DNA of 64,000 bases from a virus: the IMG/VR virus record IMGVR_UViG_3300027770_000039, positions 32,001 to 96,000 of that record, one strand, 5' to 3'. The position numbers were made by a program, and so were the translations under genes. Shown in pieces: positions 60,573-64,000 of the stretch (positions are counted from its first letter, which is position 1; every line of letters starts with the position of its first letter). Under the pieces are notes generated by a model. The model saw nothing but the letters and a program-made list of their open reading frames with translations, searched no databases and was not told the origin of the DNA.

Positions 60573-61490
60573 TTAGTCAATAGAGCAGTCTAGTATTACT
60601 TTGCCATAGGTCTTCCTGCTAAGTATATCATAATGCGCCTTAGAAGCCTCTTCAAGTGGATATTTAAAATCTGTGTATGTCTTAAGCAGACCCTTTTCAA
60701 CTAAAGAAAATAATAGATTTACAGTATCAATAAATTTAGACGGCTCATCAAAACAATTATGTAGCCAGAATCCAGAAACAGTTTTAGACCCACTCATTAA
60801 TATTTTAGGATCAACAAGATTTATGGGATAATTATTAAAATTTTCATCTGCCATTCCATAAATTACAAGTCTTCCAAAATTTTTTAATAAAGACAAGTCC
60901 CTCCCTATGTCTGATCCAGACATGTTTAAAATTACATCAAATTTTTTATTATGTATATTAGTTTTAACTCCCATTTCATTAAAAATTTTAATGACGGAAT
61001 CTTTTGTGGATGTTGAATAAACATCAGCATTCAGCATTTTGGCCAGCTGAATAGCAATTGATCCTACACCACTGCCACCAGAATAGATTAAAACACTTTC
61101 TCCACTTTTAACATTTCCTATGGTATTTATTAAATGCCAAGCAGAAGATCCTTGTATAAAAACGTGCAAAGCCTGCGAAAACGAGATGCTGTCTGGAATT
61201 TCTAATGTTAAATTTTTCCAAAGATTGGCTTTAGCTGCGTAGCTTCCAGATGGACATATTCCAATTACTCTTTTTTTATTTTTATCAAAACCTGCCGCTT
61301 CACCACCAGGAATAAATGGAGTTCTTGATGTCATTAAGTATGTATTTTTTATTTGATGAGTGTCTGCAAAATTTACTCCAATTTCTTTTACATCAATTAA
61401 AGTATGCCCTGGCATTTCTTTTAAATCTGCAACTTCTTGAAATAACATTGAATCTGGCCCACCAAATTCTTTTACTATTATTGCCTTCAT
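60573..61490 (-). CDS. NADPH:quinone oxidoreductase (zeta-crystallin/MDR family)
   Basis: MKAI...FGGP, GVNFAD, PFIPGGEAAG, GGSGVGSIAIQLAK and GKVIL. Confidence 0.92.
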   Translation of the reverse strand: MKAIIVKEFGGPDSMLFQEVADLKEMPGHTLIDVKEIGVNFADTHQIKNTYLMTSRTPFIPGGEAAGFDKNKKRVIGICPSGSYAAKANLWKNLTLEIPDSISFSQALHVFIQGSSAWHLINTIGNVKSGESVLIYSGGSGVGSIAIQLAKMLNADVYSTSTKDSVIKIFNEMGVKTNIHNKKFDVILNMSGSDIGRDLSLLKNFGRLVIYGMADENFNNYPINLVDPKILMSGSKTVSGFWLHNCFDEPSKFIDTVNLLFSLVEKGLLKTYTDFKYPLEEASKAHYDILSRKTYGKVILDCSID

Positions 61491-61507
61491 TTTATTCCTT
61501 TTTTTCT

Positions 61508-62107
61508 TTATAGGGTTTTTGGAAGTATGTCAATGACCAAATGTATTCTGTCTGTCAGTCCATCGTTACGAACAGAGTGCAAATTGCTTTTATTTATTTC
61601 CCAGCATTCGCCAACTTTCATAAACTTTTTAGTATTGCCATTTGTAAAAGATGTTTTTTCATTAGTTGTTAATACAATATGATATCTTTTTGTTTCTTTT
61701 GAATATTTTAAAAAATCAACGCTTACACTGTTATCTGAATAATCTCTATGCTCTGGAATTGAAGTTTGCGGCAAAAGATTAGAAAGAGCAATGCTGCCAT
61801 GGATCTTTCCAGGATTAATTGATTCCAAATATCTTGCAATAGGTTTCACTAAATCCCATAATTCTTGGTCCTTGCTTACAATTTTTGGACTTAATGGCTT
61901 TTTATTTACAATAGCTTGTCTTATTATAGTAGACAAATGACCAAATCCAACTTCTGCAATTTGATAACTAGAAGTCCAAAGAAAATAATTATCTTTGGTC
62001 CCGTCAAAATGTTCTTTTGGCAGAGTTAAAACTTTTTTGGACAATTTTTCTATATCAAAATTTGCAATAAAATTAAAATCAAAATCCTTAAATTCTTCTT
62101 TTTTCAT
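61508..62107 (-). CDS. Aspartyl/asparaginyl beta-hydroxylase-like 2OG oxygenase
   Basis: IPEHRD...RYHIVLTTN...GECWEIN...HSVRN.G...RIHLVID; start re-called at MKKEEF (leaderless). Confidence 0.85.
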   Translation of the reverse strand: MKKEEFKDFDFNFIANFDIEKLSKKVLTLPKEHFDGTKDNYFLWTSSYQIAEVGFGHLSTIIRQAIVNKKPLSPKIVSKDQELWDLVKPIARYLESINPGKIHGSIALSNLLPQTSIPEHRDYSDNSVSVDFLKYSKETKRYHIVLTTNEKTSFTNGNTKKFMKVGECWEINKSNLHSVRNDGLTDRIHLVIDILPKTL

Positions 62108-62142
62108 ATAATTAATTATATCATATATGCTATAATATTGAA

Positions 62143-62853
62143 ATGCATAATTTAGAGCAAGATAGCTCATCTTCTAATTTTTTTCAACATATATCTAAAA
62201 ATCAATTAAAAAAAACTAATGTTTATTCTACTAGAGAAGATTTTTTATTAGAAAATTTAAAACAAAAATCAAGAATTATTGAAATTGGTACCCTAGCGGG
62301 AGATTTTGCCTATCACATTTTAACAGAATATGATCCAGAATATTTGCTTTTAGTTGACATATTTGGTCAAGAAGATGTCGGCGTTTATGTAAACAAAATA
62401 CAACCAGAAAAAAGATTTACCCCAGAAAATCATAAAGACTGGGTTTTTAAAAGATTTGAAAAATACAAAAACGTTGAAGTTAAATGGTCTAGGGGCTTTG
62501 AAGCTCTTTCAAATTATCATAAAACTTTATCAAAAAATTCTTCTTGGGACTCAAGTGATAATTTATTTGACTTTATATATTTAGACTCAAATCATAATTT
62601 CTCAAATGTTTTAAGAGAACTGCTTTCAGCGGAGCCTTTAATTAAAGTGGGCGGTGTTATTGGAATTAATGACTATATGCTTAACGGAATTTTTACTGAG
62701 GAGATATTTAATAATTCAGAATGGAAAGACGTTTCTTACGGAACAATGCAGGGGGCTAGTTTTTTCTTAAATAAGTTTCCCAATTGGCACGTTATGTCTA
62801 TTGCTTTAAATGGTGCTGGGAACATGGATTTGTTTTTACAAAAAGAATCATGA
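62143..62853 (+). CDS. Class I SAM-dependent methyltransferase (Methyltransf_24-like)
   Basis: IEIGTLAGDF...VD.F...FDFIYLDSNH...GGVIGINDY. Confidence 0.8.
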   Translation: MHNLEQDSSSSNFFQHISKNQLKKTNVYSTREDFLLENLKQKSRIIEIGTLAGDFAYHILTEYDPEYLLLVDIFGQEDVGVYVNKIQPEKRFTPENHKDWVFKRFEKYKNVEVKWSRGFEALSNYHKTLSKNSSWDSSDNLFDFIYLDSNHNFSNVLRELLSAEPLIKVGGVIGINDYMLNGIFTEEIFNNSEWKDVSYGTMQGASFFLNKFPNWHVMSIALNGAGNMDLFLQKES

Positions 62854-63072
62854 CCTATTAATTAAACGTTTTTGATATTTTTTTATAACAATACTAATTA
62901 GTGATAAAAATACTAAATACGTAAAAATAATAAAATTCTTAATTTTATTCAATTACTTGTGTTTTTTCGCATCTCAGGCAAACTAAATAAGTTTTTCCTG
63001 TAAATGGACATGAGGATTCTAATGGCTTATGTCCTATTATCAAGCATTTTAAATTACTAAAAAATTGTATTT

Positions 63073-64000
63073 TCATAAATTATCATTTTTTCTAAATTCT
63101 ATTAAATCTTCATAAAGTTTTTGATCAACTTGTTTAAAATTTTGCAATAATGGTTCAACTATCCTAGGAGTTATATTATATAAAGCAATATGTAAATTTT
63201 TTGACAACCTATTTTTAGCTTCAGAATCTATCATATTGTAAAAACTTTTAGCAAATCTATATATGCTGTTATTAGCCTTTTCTTTTTCATACTTATAATA
63301 TAATTTTCCATCTACAAAAGTAGTTAATTCTTTGGCAACATGCTTTGATATTGGATTTATATCTACTCCATTAAGTCTACTTTTTTGAACTAATGGGTAG
63401 GTTGTAATTCTATCTAGCAGACCGCCATCTGGCGACAATCCTATACCTTGAGTAACATTAGAAGGAGACCATGCCATTTTTTCAATGTCTAGCCATTGAT
63501 GATATTCGCTGTTATTTATTTCTACAATTCCCAATTCTATTAATGGAAATTCATTATGTGGCCAAACATTATTCATTCTAAATATATTAAAATCAAATAA
63601 GTCATCATTATCAGCTGGTATAACTTGTGCATACATTTTCCATTTTGGAAAATTATTATTTTTAATAGATTCATAAAAATCTTTAGTGTAATAATGAGGG
63701 TAGTTTAGAGATACACGCTGAGCTTCTTCGTCAGACATGTATTCATTTCCCTGCATTGTTTTAAAATGAAATTTAACCCAATACCTTTGCTTTTCTGAAT
63801 TAATAAAAGAAAAAGTGTTTACTCCATAACCATTCATGTTTCTCCATGTTTTAGGAATGCCACGATCTCCCCAAGTCATTAATATATTGTGAGTTGAGCC
63901 AGGATTTTGTCCAAACCAATTCCATCTTTCTTCATTTTCAAGCATTCCAGAAGCGTAGTTAACTTGTTGTGAGCTATGAAATCTTTTAATTTCTTTTCTA
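63073..64000 (-). CDS. Monofunctional heme catalase, 5'-truncated by the window edge
   Basis: DRGIPKTWRNMNGYGVNTF, WVKFHFKT.QG, FPKWKMYAQV, VWPH.EFPLIE.G, SPD..L..R...Y; the frame is open from 63945 to the edge. Confidence 0.88.
   Translation of the reverse strand, partial: RKEIKRFHSSQQVNYASGMLENEERWNWFGQNPGSTHNILMTWGDRGIPKTWRNMNGYGVNTFSFINSEKQRYWVKFHFKTMQGNEYMSDEEAQRVSLNYPHYYTKDFYESIKNNNFPKWKMYAQVIPADNDDLFDFNIFRMNNVWPHNEFPLIELGIVEINNSEYHQWLDIEKMAWSPSNVTQGIGLSPDGGLLDRITTYPLVQKSRLNGVDINPISKHVAKELTTFVDGKLYYKYEKEKANNSIYRFAKSFYNMIDSEAKNRLSKNLHIALYNITPRIVEPLLQNFKQVDQKLYEDLIEFRKNDNL

Overview
The window is 64 kb of a large, AT-rich tailed phage genome, with a siphovirus-type long tail and an HK97-type head. 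The host is most likely actinobacterial: many leaderless TGnTATAAT starts, GAAAGGA ribosome-binding sites, an Lsr2-like gene and mycobacterial-type regulatory motifs point that way. From 1 to 36 kb on the minus strand lies the virion module: minor tail proteins, tape measure, a frameshifting tail chaperone, tail tube, neck, capsid, protease/scaffold, portal, tail fibres and holin. This module is interrupted by an FN3-(FGFTP)5-Hint autoprocessing protein followed by about 11 tightly coupled tailoring-type genes (2OG-Fe(II) oxygenases, a GT-A glycosyltransferase, a GNAT-like protein, an SDR). From 36 to 44 kb are a class II ribonucleotide reductase, a transglycosylase, a cytochrome P450, a sulfotransferase-like gene and candidate ncRNAs. 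From 44 to 56 kb on the plus strand is a region of small, acidic, early-type genes. It is driven by 13 promoters matching the actinobacterial RecA-NDp/PafBC DNA-damage promoter consensus and carries helically phased CRP-type boxes, a 9-copy phased repeat, two tRNAs and a structured RNA whose loop is complementary to the shared AACGAAAGGAAA leader of these genes. From 56 to 64 kb (mostly minus strand) are tRNA-Arg, SAM decarboxylase, an Ntn protease and a redox cluster ending in a partial catalase. The two best candidates for undescribed systems are (i) the PafBC/CRP-wired early regulon with its anti-RBS sRNA and (ii) the Hint-repeat protein with its tailoring-enzyme cluster. All family assignments come from motif recognition by eye, not from database searches.
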